A stretch of 64,000 nucleotides of DNA, taken from Kofleriaceae bacterium (GTDB taxonomy: Bacteria > Myxococcota_A > Polyangia > Haliangiales > Haliangiaceae). The notes beneath the pieces are model-generated. The model saw only the letters and a program-made list of their open reading frames with translations. It ran no database searches and had not been told where the DNA came from. Shown piece after piece: positions 21,842 to 31,641 of this stretch (position 1 is the stretch's first letter; the number at the start of each line of letters is the position of its first letter). The DNA is taken from assembly GCA_015075455.1 (NCBI GenBank), contig JABTUH010000016.1, forward strand, positions 64,001-128,000, read 5' to 3'. Position numbers and translations under genes: made by a program.

Positions 21842-24800
21842 GTGTTTAGCAAAGACTCGCGCATCAACATCCTGCTCACCCTCATGTTCCTCGCGCTCTC
21901 CGCGTGCGGCGGCTTCGGCTCCGGCTGCGGCTGCTCGCAGCAGCCCTTGCCCCCGGGAGGACTGCCCAGGGATCAGACGGTGGAAGGCGGCGGCCAGATC
22001 CGCGTCACCCGCGCCGGCTTCGAGAAGCTGACGTCGGTGGTCCCGGCGATCCTCAACGACTCGCTCGGCGGCGGCATGTGCATCGGCCGCACCAGCTTCC
22101 TCGGCGCCGACGTCTGCTACCAGACCACCGGCCCCAACGGGATGTGCGCCCCGGGCTGCTACGTCGCGATCAACGTCACCCAGACCCGGCTCACGGTCAC
22201 CAACCAGAACACGCTCAACGTCTACGTCCGCGCCAACGTCAACACCGCGGTCCGCATCGACCCGCCGCTCTTCAGCGCCTGCACGATGACCGTCACCGCC
22301 AACAACCTGTCGGCGGACCTCGACATCGGCTTCGCCATCGACCCGGCCACCGGCGAGCTGCGCATCCGGCTCAACCGCATCAACGACTACAACATCTCCG
22401 GCGTCAACTTCTCCGGCTGCTCGGTGCTGAGCTGGATCGGCGACCTCGCCGTCAGCCTGCTCGACTCGTTCCTGGGCCGCTTCATCGTCGACCTGCTGAC
22501 CCCGACCATCAACGACCTCATCCAGGGCTTCCTCCCGGACCCGCTCGGCATCGAGGGCATGGTGGACATCGGCCAGCTCATGGCCGGCGTCTCCCCCGGC
22601 ACCGAGGGCTTCATGGAGGCGCGGATGGTGCCCGGCGGCTACGTGCAGCTCGGCGGCGGCGGCATGTCGCTCGGCCTCATCACCGGCCTCAACGCCGACC
22701 AGGATCCGTCGACCCGCACCCCGGCGCTCGACAGCGAGCCGGCGTACTGCGTCCCGCCGCTGCCCGCGCCCAACTTCGCGGCGCCGCCGGCCTCCTTGCC
22801 GGCCAGCTCGCGCGGCACGTTCACCCTCCTGCCCGCCGGCGCGTTCGTCGGCAACCCCGAGCCCGCCGACGATCTGGCCATCGGCATCTCCGAGACCACC
22901 CTCGACCTCGCCGGCCACCACCTCGTGACCTCGGGCGGCATGTGCCTGGGCGTCGGCACCGGCCTCGTCGACCAGCTCCGGCTGGGGACGATCGGCCTGC
23001 TGGTGCCGTCGGTGGGCGAGCTCGGCGACGGCAGCGAGCCGCTGCTCCTGGTCACCCGGCCGCAGCGCGCGATCGACTTCACGATCGGCGACGGCACCGA
23101 GGCGTCACCGGCGATCACGATCCACATCGACGACTTCGAGGTCGACTTCTACGGCTTCGTCTTCGAGCGCTACACCCGCGCCTTCACGATGTCGCTCGAC
23201 CTCAACGTCGGCATCAACCTCGAGTTCATCCAGCAGCCGGGCATGCCGGCGCAGGTGCGGCCCATCCTGGTCGGCCTGACCTCGTCGAACATCGGCATCA
23301 CCGTCCTCAACAACGAGTTCGTGCGCGAGACCCGCGACCAGCTCGAGGCCGTGCTGCCGACGGTGTTCGACCTCGCCCTGCCGCTCCTCGGCAGCGGCAT
23401 CGGCCCCATCGACGTCCCCGACTTCGCCGGCTTCACCCTCAACAACCTGCGGGTGCAGAAGGTCACGACCAGCGAGGACGAGTTCATGGCCATCTACGCG
23501 TCGCTGGGCGCGTCCATGATGATGCGCGACCGGGTCGAGACCTACCCCTCGCTGCAGCCGGTGATCGACGCCCTCGACCGCGAGACCGCGGTCGCGGCCT
23601 GGCCCGACGTGGTCCTGCTCGACCTCGCCCTCGACCCCGGCACCGGCGCCACCGTGGGCGGCACCGGTGCCCGCGCTCGCCTGCGCGCGGTCGACGTGCC
23701 GGCGCCCGAGGACGTGCGCGCCGCGCTGCTCGCCAAGGACCCCACCGGGCTGCCCCACGTCACGATCGACGTCGACACCCACGACGCCCTCGGCCGCCAG
23801 CTCGAGTGGAGCTGGAACCTGAACGGCGGCCTGTTCCGGCCGTTCACCACCGCCGCGCCCCTGGTCATCGCCGACCGCGCCTTCGCCTGGCAGGGCAAGT
23901 ACACGATCGGCCTGACCTCGCGCGTGGTCGGCGACTACCGCACGACCGCGCCCGAGACCGTCGAGGTCCCGGTCGTGATCGACTCGGCGCCGCCGAAGAT
24001 CCACGCCGACCAGGCGCGCTGGCGCGGCACCCGGCTCCACGTGCCGGCCACCGACGCCGTCTACGACGCCGACGAGCTGCAGTGGGCGTGGGGCCGGCCC
24101 GGCGACGACGAGCCGTCGACCGACTGGGCCAAGGACGCGTCGATCGACCGCGCCACCGCCGCCGACCTCTCGCTCGACGACGAGCTCCTGGTGTTCGTCC
24201 GCGATCCCAGCGGCAACGTCGGCCAGGCGCTGGCCAAGAGCGGCTTCCACGGCCAGCCCGGCGAGAGCGGCTGCAACTGCAGCGCGCCCGGCCAGGGTCC
24301 GAGCGCCGGCTCGCTGCTGCTCCTGGCCCTGGTCGGAGCGTGGCTGCTTTTTCGCCGTCGCGCCGCGACCGTCGCCCGGGTCGTCGCGCGCGCTAGCTCG
24401 GGTCGGGCCCTGTCGCAGCTCGCGCTCTTCGTCGGCGTGAGCGTGGCCGCCTCGCTGGTCCCCGGCTGCTCGTGCGGCAACAGCGCCGGCCAGGCCTGCG
24501 AGATCACCGAGGACTGCGCCAACTTCGAGTGTCCGTCGGGCCAGATCGCGATCTGCTTCGAGGGCGAGTGCTTCTGCACCGACGACGTGCCCTACGGCAA
24601 GATCGGCTCGTTCTCCGACGTCGCGGTGGCGCCCAACGAGGACGCCATCGTCAGCGCCTACGCCGCGTTCCACGGCGACCTGGTGGTGGCACGCTTCTCC
24701 GGCGCCGGCCGCATCCCCAACGAGGCCTGGGAGTGGGTCGACGGCGTCCCCGCCGGCCCGGTGGCCCTGCCCGACTCCGACGTCCGCGGCGGCATCCTCG

Positions 24801-25819
24801 AGCCCGGCGACGACGTCGGGCTCTACACCAGCGTCGCGATCGGCGCCGCCGACGTCCCGATGGTCTCGTACCACGCCCGCGAGGACGCCTCGCTCAAGTT
24901 CGCCGCCAAGTACGGCGGGGCCTGGCACAACCACGTCGTCGACTCCGGCACCGGCGACGTCGACCCCGAGATCGGCGGCGAGGCGGCCGGCATGTTCACC
25001 TCGATCAGCCTGGGCAGCGACGGCCGCCCCGGCATCGCCTACATGGCCACGCAGTCGCAGGGCGGCGGCATCGTCACCGCCGAGGTCCGCTTCGCCCAGG
25101 CCACCACCGCCCAGCCCATGAGCTCGGCCGACTGGACCGTCACCGTGCTCGACATGATGACGCTGCCCCCGGCCGATCCCAACGCCGTCGACATCTACCC
25201 GCTGCCGGGCGGGGTCGGCCTGTTCGTCGAGTCGACCCGCGACCTCGACGGCCACCCGGTCGTCGTCTACTACGATCGCCAGAACGGCGACCTCAAGATG
25301 GTGCGCGGCAACGCCACCGGCTTCGCCGCCCCCGTGGTGCTGGCCGGGCAGACCACCGACGACGGCTGGTACCCCTCGGTGTCGGTGGACGCCGCCGGCG
25401 TCCCCCACGTCGCCTTCCAGGGCGCCGACCACGACGACGTCTTCTACCTGAACACCGGGACCATGACCCGCGAGATGGTCGACGACGGCTACCGCATCGT
25501 CGGCACCACCCCCGACGGCCTGCCCAAGCCCGAGTACCACTTCGTCGGCTCCGACACCCAGATCGTCATGACCCCGGCGACGCCGTACGTCATCTACCAG
25601 GACTCGACCACCCACGAACTGCTGGCGGCGTCCAAGAACGGCGACACCTGGCGGCCCGAGCCCATCGCCGGCGCCGAGGCCACCTTCGTCGGCGCCTACG
25701 GCTTCTTCGCGTCGGCGGCGCTCGGCACCTCCCAGATCACGGTCTCGACCTGGGTCCTCCACCAGGCGCTCAACGACAACTGGGTCGAGGTCTTCCGCCT
25801 GCCGATCGGCCCGCAGTAG
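21842..25819 (+). CDS. very large lipoprotein ORF; the N-terminal ~840 aa domain ends in a MYXO-CTERM-like motif and is followed in-frame by a second hydrophobic segment and a ~470 aa beta-propeller-like domain (possibly two genes fused or read through)
   Basis: GTG at 21842 is preceded by GGGGAGG 8 nt upstream. The lipoprotein signal is MFSKDSRINILLTLMFLALSAC|GG. At ~24260-24350 the motif GCNCSAPGQGPSAGSLLLLALVGAWLLFRRR appears (Cys motif, TM helix, Arg tail). There is no stop until 25819. A second hydrophobic stretch LSQLALFVGVSVAASLVPGCSC has no in-frame ATG/GTG/TTG before it. Confidence 0.6.
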   Translation: MFSKDSRINILLTLMFLALSACGGFGSGCGCSQQPLPPGGLPRDQTVEGGGQIRVTRAGFEKLTSVVPAILNDSLGGGMCIGRTSFLGADVCYQTTGPNGMCAPGCYVAINVTQTRLTVTNQNTLNVYVRANVNTAVRIDPPLFSACTMTVTANNLSADLDIGFAIDPATGELRIRLNRINDYNISGVNFSGCSVLSWIGDLAVSLLDSFLGRFIVDLLTPTINDLIQGFLPDPLGIEGMVDIGQLMAGVSPGTEGFMEARMVPGGYVQLGGGGMSLGLITGLNADQDPSTRTPALDSEPAYCVPPLPAPNFAAPPASLPASSRGTFTLLPAGAFVGNPEPADDLAIGISETTLDLAGHHLVTSGGMCLGVGTGLVDQLRLGTIGLLVPSVGELGDGSEPLLLVTRPQRAIDFTIGDGTEASPAITIHIDDFEVDFYGFVFERYTRAFTMSLDLNVGINLEFIQQPGMPAQVRPILVGLTSSNIGITVLNNEFVRETRDQLEAVLPTVFDLALPLLGSGIGPIDVPDFAGFTLNNLRVQKVTTSEDEFMAIYASLGASMMMRDRVETYPSLQPVIDALDRETAVAAWPDVVLLDLALDPGTGATVGGTGARARLRAVDVPAPEDVRAALLAKDPTGLPHVTIDVDTHDALGRQLEWSWNLNGGLFRPFTTAAPLVIADRAFAWQGKYTIGLTSRVVGDYRTTAPETVEVPVVIDSAPPKIHADQARWRGTRLHVPATDAVYDADELQWAWGRPGDDEPSTDWAKDASIDRATAADLSLDDELLVFVRDPSGNVGQALAKSGFHGQPGESGCNCSAPGQGPSAGSLLLLALVGAWLLFRRRAATVARVVARASSGRALSQLALFVGVSVAASLVPGCSCGNSAGQACEITEDCANFECPSGQIAICFEGECFCTDDVPYGKIGSFSDVAVAPNEDAIVSAYAAFHGDLVVARFSGAGRIPNEAWEWVDGVPAGPVALPDSDVRGGILEPGDDVGLYTSVAIGAADVPMVSYHAREDASLKFAAKYGGAWHNHVVDSGTGDVDPEIGGEAAGMFTSISLGSDGRPGIAYMATQSQGGGIVTAEVRFAQATTAQPMSSADWTVTVLDMMTLPPADPNAVDIYPLPGGVGLFVESTRDLDGHPVVVYYDRQNGDLKMVRGNATGFAAPVVLAGQTTDDGWYPSVSVDAAGVPHVAFQGADHDDVFYLNTGTMTREMVDDGYRIVGTTPDGLPKPEYHFVGSDTQIVMTPATPYVIYQDSTTHELLAASKNGDTWRPEPIAGAEATFVGAYGFFASAALGTSQITVSTWVLHQALNDNWVEVFRLPIGPQ

Positions 25820-25867
25820 CCGGAGGAACGTGAACCGGCGGCGAGTCGGGAGTATGCTGTCGGGAGC

Positions 25868-26554
<687 letters not shown>

Positions 26555-26605
26555 CGCCGGCCCGCGGCGGCGCGACGCCGAGGGGCGGGCTGGCTGGCGG
26601 GCTGG

Positions 26606-27295
26606 CTAGGGCAGGCGCAGCTCGGCGCCGACGGTGACCGTCAGGCCGAGCTGACCGCTGCCGCCGACCGCGCGGCCCAGCCAGGCGCGGCCGGCCTGGG
26701 CGCTGGCGCCGGCGCGCAGCGCGACGTCGCCGCGGACGGCGCGGGCGACCCCAGCCCCGGCCTCGAGGCCGAGCCCGATCCCGGTCACGTCGTCGGCGGC
26801 GAAGCGCAGCACCCGGCCGAAGGCGCCGCCGTGGACGAAGGGCACGAACCCGCGCTGGCCGCGGAGGTCGCGGCGCAGGCCGACGATCAGATCTCCGGAG
26901 AAGCCGGAGGCCACGCCGTGATCGCAGCTCATGGCGTCGGGCGGCGTGCGGCCGCAGCCGGCGGTGGGCGCGGCGAACGTGAAGCCGACGCCGGCGGCGA
27001 ACCAGACCTGGTCGTCCATGCGGTAGAGGTAGCGGCCGCCGACCCGCAGCCCGGGGCGTGGCGCCGCCGCCGCCGACCAGCCCGAGCTCGGCGGCGAGGC
27101 CGGACCTCGGCGGGCGCCTGGGCGGCGCGCTCGACCAGGCAGCGGGTCGTCGGTCAGGCTCTCGGTCGGGTCAGGGGGCCGGCCGACCTCGGCGGCCGCC
27201 GCCACCGGCAGCCCCACCATCGCGGCCAGCCCGCCGGCGAGGGCGAGCCGCCTGCGCCGCGCCGGCGCGGCCCCGGAGACGTTCTTCCGCAGCAT
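26606..27295 (-). CDS. hypothetical secreted protein (signal peptide; Gly/Ala-rich, possibly beta-barrel)
   Basis: Signal RRRLALAGGLAAMVGLPVAAAAE. It is convergent with phoU. Support is only moderate and the region is Ala/Gly-rich. Confidence 0.4.
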   Translation of the reverse strand: MLRKNVSGAAPARRRRLALAGGLAAMVGLPVAAAAEVGRPPDPTESLTDDPLPGRARRPGARRGPASPPSSGWSAAAAPRPGLRVGGRYLYRMDDQVWFAAGVGFTFAAPTAGCGRTPPDAMSCDHGVASGFSGDLIVGLRRDLRGQRGFVPFVHGGAFGRVLRFAADDVTGIGLGLEAGAGVARAVRGDVALRAGASAQAGRAWLGRAVGGSGQLGLTVTVGAELRLP

Positions 27296-27352
27296 GTCGC
27301 GAGGCTAGGCCGGTGAGCGCACGTCGGCCAGTTTTCGGCTACTGTGCGCGCC

Positions 27353-28198
27353 ATGTTGCGATCCGCATCGTCGTCGCTGGCCCTGCTCGCGCTGATCGTG
27401 GGCGCCGCCGGCTGCCCCAAGCCGCGCACCTCCGCGGCGACCCAGCCCACGCCGGTCGCGTTCGACCCGGCCCAGTCCGACCCCAAGGCCGTCGAGGTCG
27501 TCGACGCGGCGGTCGCCGCGCTGGGAGGCGCCGAGCGCTGGGAGGCGCTCAAGGAGCTGACGTTCGGCGTCATCTACAAGGATGGCGCGGCCGTGAAGGC
27601 CGAGTTCAGCCACTCCTGGGACCGCTGGAACGGGCGTCACTACTGGGTCGCGGTCGACATGACGACGACCGGCGGCAAGGCCGAGGACGTGAAGCGGATG
27701 CAGGTCAAGCACGACCTGTTCGACGCCGACGCCACGCCGTGGGTCGCCTACGACGGCCAGCCCCTGTCGCGGGCGCAGGGCGCCGAGCAGGCCAAGCGGG
27801 CCAAGGAGTCGCTGATGCAGGACCTGTACTTCCTGACCATCATCTACAAGCTCAAGGATCCGGGCGTGCGCCTGGCCATCGACAACGCCGAGGTCACGGT
27901 CGAGGGCTCCGAGACCTGCCGGCCGTCGTGCACGTCGATCCGGGTCACGTTCGACCCGGCGGTCGGCAAGGACACCTGGTACGTCAACTACAACAACGAG
28001 ACCAAGCTGCCGCAGGTCATCGAGCGCAAGATGGGCGCGGGGCGGATCGGGTACGAGCTGCAGGGCTGGAGCGAGGCCGGCGGGCTCAAGTGGCCGCAGC
28101 GGCTGCAGAACCTCGGCCTGCGCACCGAGGTCGTCGAGTACCGCGGCGTCGCCGTGGGCTCGCCCGACGACGCCACGTACATGCCCACCATCCGCTGA
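27353..28198 (+). CDS. hypothetical lipoprotein
   Basis: ATG at 27353 gives MLRSASSSLALLALIVGAAGC|P. Amino-acid usage is balanced (K/Y/W-containing). It is followed 14 nt later by fpr in the same orientation. Confidence 0.6.
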   Translation: MLRSASSSLALLALIVGAAGCPKPRTSAATQPTPVAFDPAQSDPKAVEVVDAAVAALGGAERWEALKELTFGVIYKDGAAVKAEFSHSWDRWNGRHYWVAVDMTTTGGKAEDVKRMQVKHDLFDADATPWVAYDGQPLSRAQGAEQAKRAKESLMQDLYFLTIIYKLKDPGVRLAIDNAEVTVEGSETCRPSCTSIRVTFDPAVGKDTWYVNYNNETKLPQVIERKMGAGRIGYELQGWSEAGGLKWPQRLQNLGLRTEVVEYRGVAVGSPDDATYMPTIR

Positions 28199-28211
28199 GG
28201 CAGGAGCCGTC

Positions 28212-29162
28212 ATGCCGCCCAAGCCCCTGGTCTACAACGCCACCCTCGTCGAGCGCGTCGATCTCACCGACGCCCTCACCCTGTTCCGCGTCCTGCCCGA
28301 CGACCGCCCGGCGACCGGGTGGTTCACGCCCGGCCAGTACTGCGTGCTGGGGATGAACAACGAGGCGCGGCCCGAGCTGGGCTCGGTGCGCCGCTCGATG
28401 TCGATCGCGTCGGCCCCCGAGGCGCCGGGACCGATCGAGTTCTACATCCGCTACGTGTCCAAGCCGGAGTCGGACAACCCGCTGACCCACCTCCTGTGGA
28501 AGCTGCGGGACGGCGACCGCCTGTACATGCGCCCGGTCGCCGCCGGCGTGTTCACGATCAAGGACACCGTCGGCGACGACGATCCACGGCTGCGGGTGAT
28601 GGTGGCGGCCGGCACCGGCTCGGCGCCGTTCGTGTGCATGGTGCGCAGCGAGCTGCTCCGCAACCCCCAGGCCGATCTGTCGCGCTACGTGCTCCTGCAC
28701 GGCGCCTCGTACCCGTCGGACCTCGGGCACCGCGACGAGCTGCAGGGGATGGTCGAGCGCAACGGCCTGCGCTACTGGGGCACGGTGAGCCGGCCCCAGG
28801 CCGGCGACGGCTGGACCGGCGACACCGGGCGGGTCGAGGGCTTCTTCGCCGGCGATCGCCTGGCCGACCTCGAGCGCCGGCTGGGCCTGGCCCCCGGCGA
28901 GTTCCTGCCCACCAGGGCCGTGATCCTCATCTGCGGCCTGCAGGGCACGATCGGCACCACGATCACCAACCTGTGCCAGCGCGGCTTCGTGCCCGACCAC
29001 AAGCGCATGCGCGAGGCGCTGGGCGTGCCGGCCGAGGCGCCGGCCACGCTGTTCTACGAGCAGTACGACACCGAGCCGGTGATCGACATCAAGGACCCGG
29101 CGGTGGTCGATCCGCTCAAGGCCCAGCTCGCGGCCGGGCTCGCCCGCCTGTCGGGCTCGTGA
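28212..29162 (+). CDS. fpr: ferredoxin--NADP(+) reductase (FNR family)
   Basis: RBS AGGAG 5 nt upstream of the ATG. The FAD-binding segment is RSMSIASAP...IEFYIRYV, and the NAD(P)-binding segment is MVAAGTGSAPF. Confidence 0.8.
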   Translation: MPPKPLVYNATLVERVDLTDALTLFRVLPDDRPATGWFTPGQYCVLGMNNEARPELGSVRRSMSIASAPEAPGPIEFYIRYVSKPESDNPLTHLLWKLRDGDRLYMRPVAAGVFTIKDTVGDDDPRLRVMVAAGTGSAPFVCMVRSELLRNPQADLSRYVLLHGASYPSDLGHRDELQGMVERNGLRYWGTVSRPQAGDGWTGDTGRVEGFFAGDRLADLERRLGLAPGEFLPTRAVILICGLQGTIGTTITNLCQRGFVPDHKRMREALGVPAEAPATLFYEQYDTEPVIDIKDPAVVDPLKAQLAAGLARLSGS

Positions 29163-29881
29163 CCGCCCCGGTCGCGTTCGTCGCCGGGGCCACCGGCTTC
29201 GTCGGCCGCGCCGTGGTGCCGGCGCTGGTGGCGCGCGGCGCGCGGGTCGTGGCCCACGTCCGCCCCGACTCGCCGCAGCTCGCGGCGTGGCGCGAGCGGT
29301 TCGGCGCGCTGGGCGCCGAGGTCGACGCCACGCCGTGGGCGGCCGCGGCCCTGACCGCCACGCTCGCCGCGCTGGCGCCGACCCACGTCTTCGGCCTGAT
29401 CGGCACCACCCGCAAGCGGGCGCGCGCCGACGGCGTGGCCGGCGACATCTACGAGACCGTGGATCTGGGGCTGACCCGGCTCCTGGTCGAGGCCGCGGCC
29501 GCCGCCGGCACGCGCCCGCGCGTGGTCTACCTGTCCAGCGTCGGCGCGTCGGCGACGGCGCGCTCGCCGTACCTGCGCGCGCGCGCCCGCGCCGAGGATG
29601 CGGTGCGGGCCAGCGGCCTGCCGTGGGTGATCGCGCGGCCGTCGCTCATCGTCGAGGGCGAGGGCGACGGTCGCGACGACGCGCGCCCCGGCGAGAGGGT
29701 CGCGGGCGTGGTCGCCGACGGCCTGCTCGCGGTCGCCGGCGCCCTCGGCGCCCGCCGCCTGCGCGCCCGCTACCGCTCGACGACGCCCGCGGTGCTGGCC
29801 GCGGCCCTGGTCGACCTCGCCCTCGACCAGCCGGCCGGCACCATCGCCAGCGGCGACGACCTGCGCCCGCGGCGCGGCTGA
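29159..29881 (+). CDS. NAD(P)-dependent epimerase/dehydratase family protein (atypical SDR/NmrA-like)
   Basis: The GTG start overlaps the fpr stop (GTGA). The Rossmann motif is VAGATGFVGRAVVPALVARGARVVAHVR. Confidence 0.7.
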   Translation: MTAPVAFVAGATGFVGRAVVPALVARGARVVAHVRPDSPQLAAWRERFGALGAEVDATPWAAAALTATLAALAPTHVFGLIGTTRKRARADGVAGDIYETVDLGLTRLLVEAAAAAGTRPRVVYLSSVGASATARSPYLRARARAEDAVRASGLPWVIARPSLIVEGEGDGRDDARPGERVAGVVADGLLAVAGALGARRLRARYRSTTPAVLAAALVDLALDQPAGTIASGDDLRPRRG

Positions 29882-29888
29882 CCGATCC

Positions 29889-30560
29889 TCACGCCCGCGG
29901 CACGAAGCGGAAGGAGTCGACGAAGCGCTCGCCCTCGGCCTGGAAGGCCCGGGCGCTGTCCATGTGGACGACCAGGATCTGGTAGAGGGTGCCGTCGCGG
30001 AGGAACATCTTGCCGTAGCCGGTGGCGCGCTGGCCCTGGGGGCGAGCGGTGAAGCGGAACCTGCGGCCGGTGGCGCCGTCGAGCTCGACGGCCGCGCTCT
30101 CGACGAGGGTGCCGCCCATGTTGGCGAGCATGCCCTGGAGGCCATCCTCGAGGGCCCGCTCGAGGTCGAGGTCACCGTCCTTGTCGAACGAGGGCGTGGC
30201 GACGACCATCATCGCGCCCGGCGCGTTCGCCGAGGAGAACATGAACGTCTGCGCGGTGAGGACGCCGATCGCGGTCGGCACCTGCTGCTCGCCCCGGGTC
30301 GGCGTACGCGCGGCCTCGACGGCGAAGCCGAGCGTGTCGTCCTGGAAGGGCCTGACCGCGGGGCTCGGCCGGCCGGCGGCGGACGTGCGGGACGCGACCG
30401 GATCGGCGGCGGGCTTGCCGGCGGCGCTGCCCGCGGCCGGCGCCGATCCGGACGCCGAGCCGGCGGCGGGCCGGGCGGGCTTGTCGCGGCCGCAGGCGGC
30501 GGCGAACGGGATGACCAGGGCGGCCAGGAGGACGAGACGGGCAGACATCATCGGGATCAT
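29889..30560 (-). CDS. hypothetical lipoprotein
   Basis: ATG at 30560 is preceded by AAGGAG 8 nt upstream. Signal plus lipobox: MIPMMSARLVLLAALVIPFAAAC|G. Confidence 0.65.
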   Translation of the reverse strand: MIPMMSARLVLLAALVIPFAAACGRDKPARPAAGSASGSAPAAGSAAGKPAADPVASRTSAAGRPSPAVRPFQDDTLGFAVEAARTPTRGEQQVPTAIGVLTAQTFMFSSANAPGAMMVVATPSFDKDGDLDLERALEDGLQGMLANMGGTLVESAAVELDGATGRRFRFTARPQGQRATGYGKMFLRDGTLYQILVVHMDSARAFQAEGERFVDSFRFVPRA

Positions 30561-30733
30561 GGTGCGGCTCCTTGGGGTTCGCGCCGCGGGATTGCAGCCG
30601 GCGGGCCAGCCGCAACCGCGCGACGCGCCAGGGCCGGGCGCACCGCCGGTGGACAGCGATGGCGGCGCGGTCAAGGCTGGCGGACAGGCCTGGCCGCTGG
30701 CCCGTCGCCCTGTCGCCGGCCGCGCCCGCGATC

Positions 30734-31641
30734 CTAGCGCGCGACGTACCGCCGGGCGTCGCCGGGATCGATGCGGAAGGCGCGGCCCTCGATCAGCTCG
30801 CCGACCGCGATGCGGAGGTTGGGCAGCGCCATGGGCCCGCGGCGGACGGGCCGGCCGAAGCGGCGAGCGAGCGAGCGGTAGGCGTCGGAGGTGGCGGAGC
30901 GGAAGCCGGTGATCGCGCCGCTGCTGGTGAAGGTGAGCGCGCGCTCGGCGGCGCGAGCCTGGAGGTCGGCGGAGGTGCGGGGCGACGCGATGAGCAGCGG
31001 CCAGCTCACCGCCGGCAGCGTGGCGACCCGGTTGGTGCCGGCCGGCAGGGCGAGCCCGACGGCACGACCGCGGCGTCGGCCTTGCCCAGGCCGAGGGCGG
31101 CGAGCGCGCTCAGCACGTCGGGCGAGACCTCGACGCGCAGGAAGTCGGGGCGCAGCTCGCCGCCGAGCAGCGCCTCGTTGACGAACGCGGCCTCGCGGCC
31201 GCCGATCGCCGGCGTGAGGACGGTCTTGCCCTCGAGGCCGAGCACGCTGTCGATCTGACCGCGCGCCACCAGATCCCAGGTGGTGCGGGTGTCGCCGCCG
31301 CGCACCGCTACCGCCAGCACGGCGTGGCTGCCGCCGACGGCTGCCAGGTAGGTGGCGTCGGCCACCGCCAGGTCGATCTCGCCCTTGCGCAGCGCCGCGG
31401 CGAAGTCGCTGGCCCGGCCGTACACGCGGCCGACCGCGTCGTCGCCGCCGATGTGGCGCGCCAGCCGCGTCGCGAACTCGAGGCGGGCGCCGGTGCCTTC
31501 GAACGGCGTCGACGGCACGAACACCCCGACCCGCACCGGCTCGGCGGCGGCGACCCCGGCCAGCCCGAGCGCGAGCAGCGCGACCACGACCGCGGCGACG
31601 GCGGCGGCGCGGGGCGGTCGCCCGATCGGGTCAGCCCTCAT
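30734..31641 (-). CDS. PhnD/SsuA-like periplasmic substrate-binding protein (phosphonate/phosphite ABC-type), with an apparent frameshift
   Basis: ATG at 31641 is preceded by GGGGAGG. Signal AAAVAAVVVALLALGLAGVAAAEP. The body reads VRVGVFVPSTP...IDLAVADATY... The C-terminal ~90 aa (PAGTNRVATLPAVSWPLLIASP...) are in another frame (30734..31009). The junction is near 31030-31060, close to a CCC run. Confidence 0.6.

Noticed and set aside
24380-24400. GCTAGC (NheI) site at the junction of the two lipoprotein domains, as a sign of an engineered fusion
   Set aside because: At this base composition a given AT-containing hexamer is expected roughly 20 times per 64 kb, so it is not significant.
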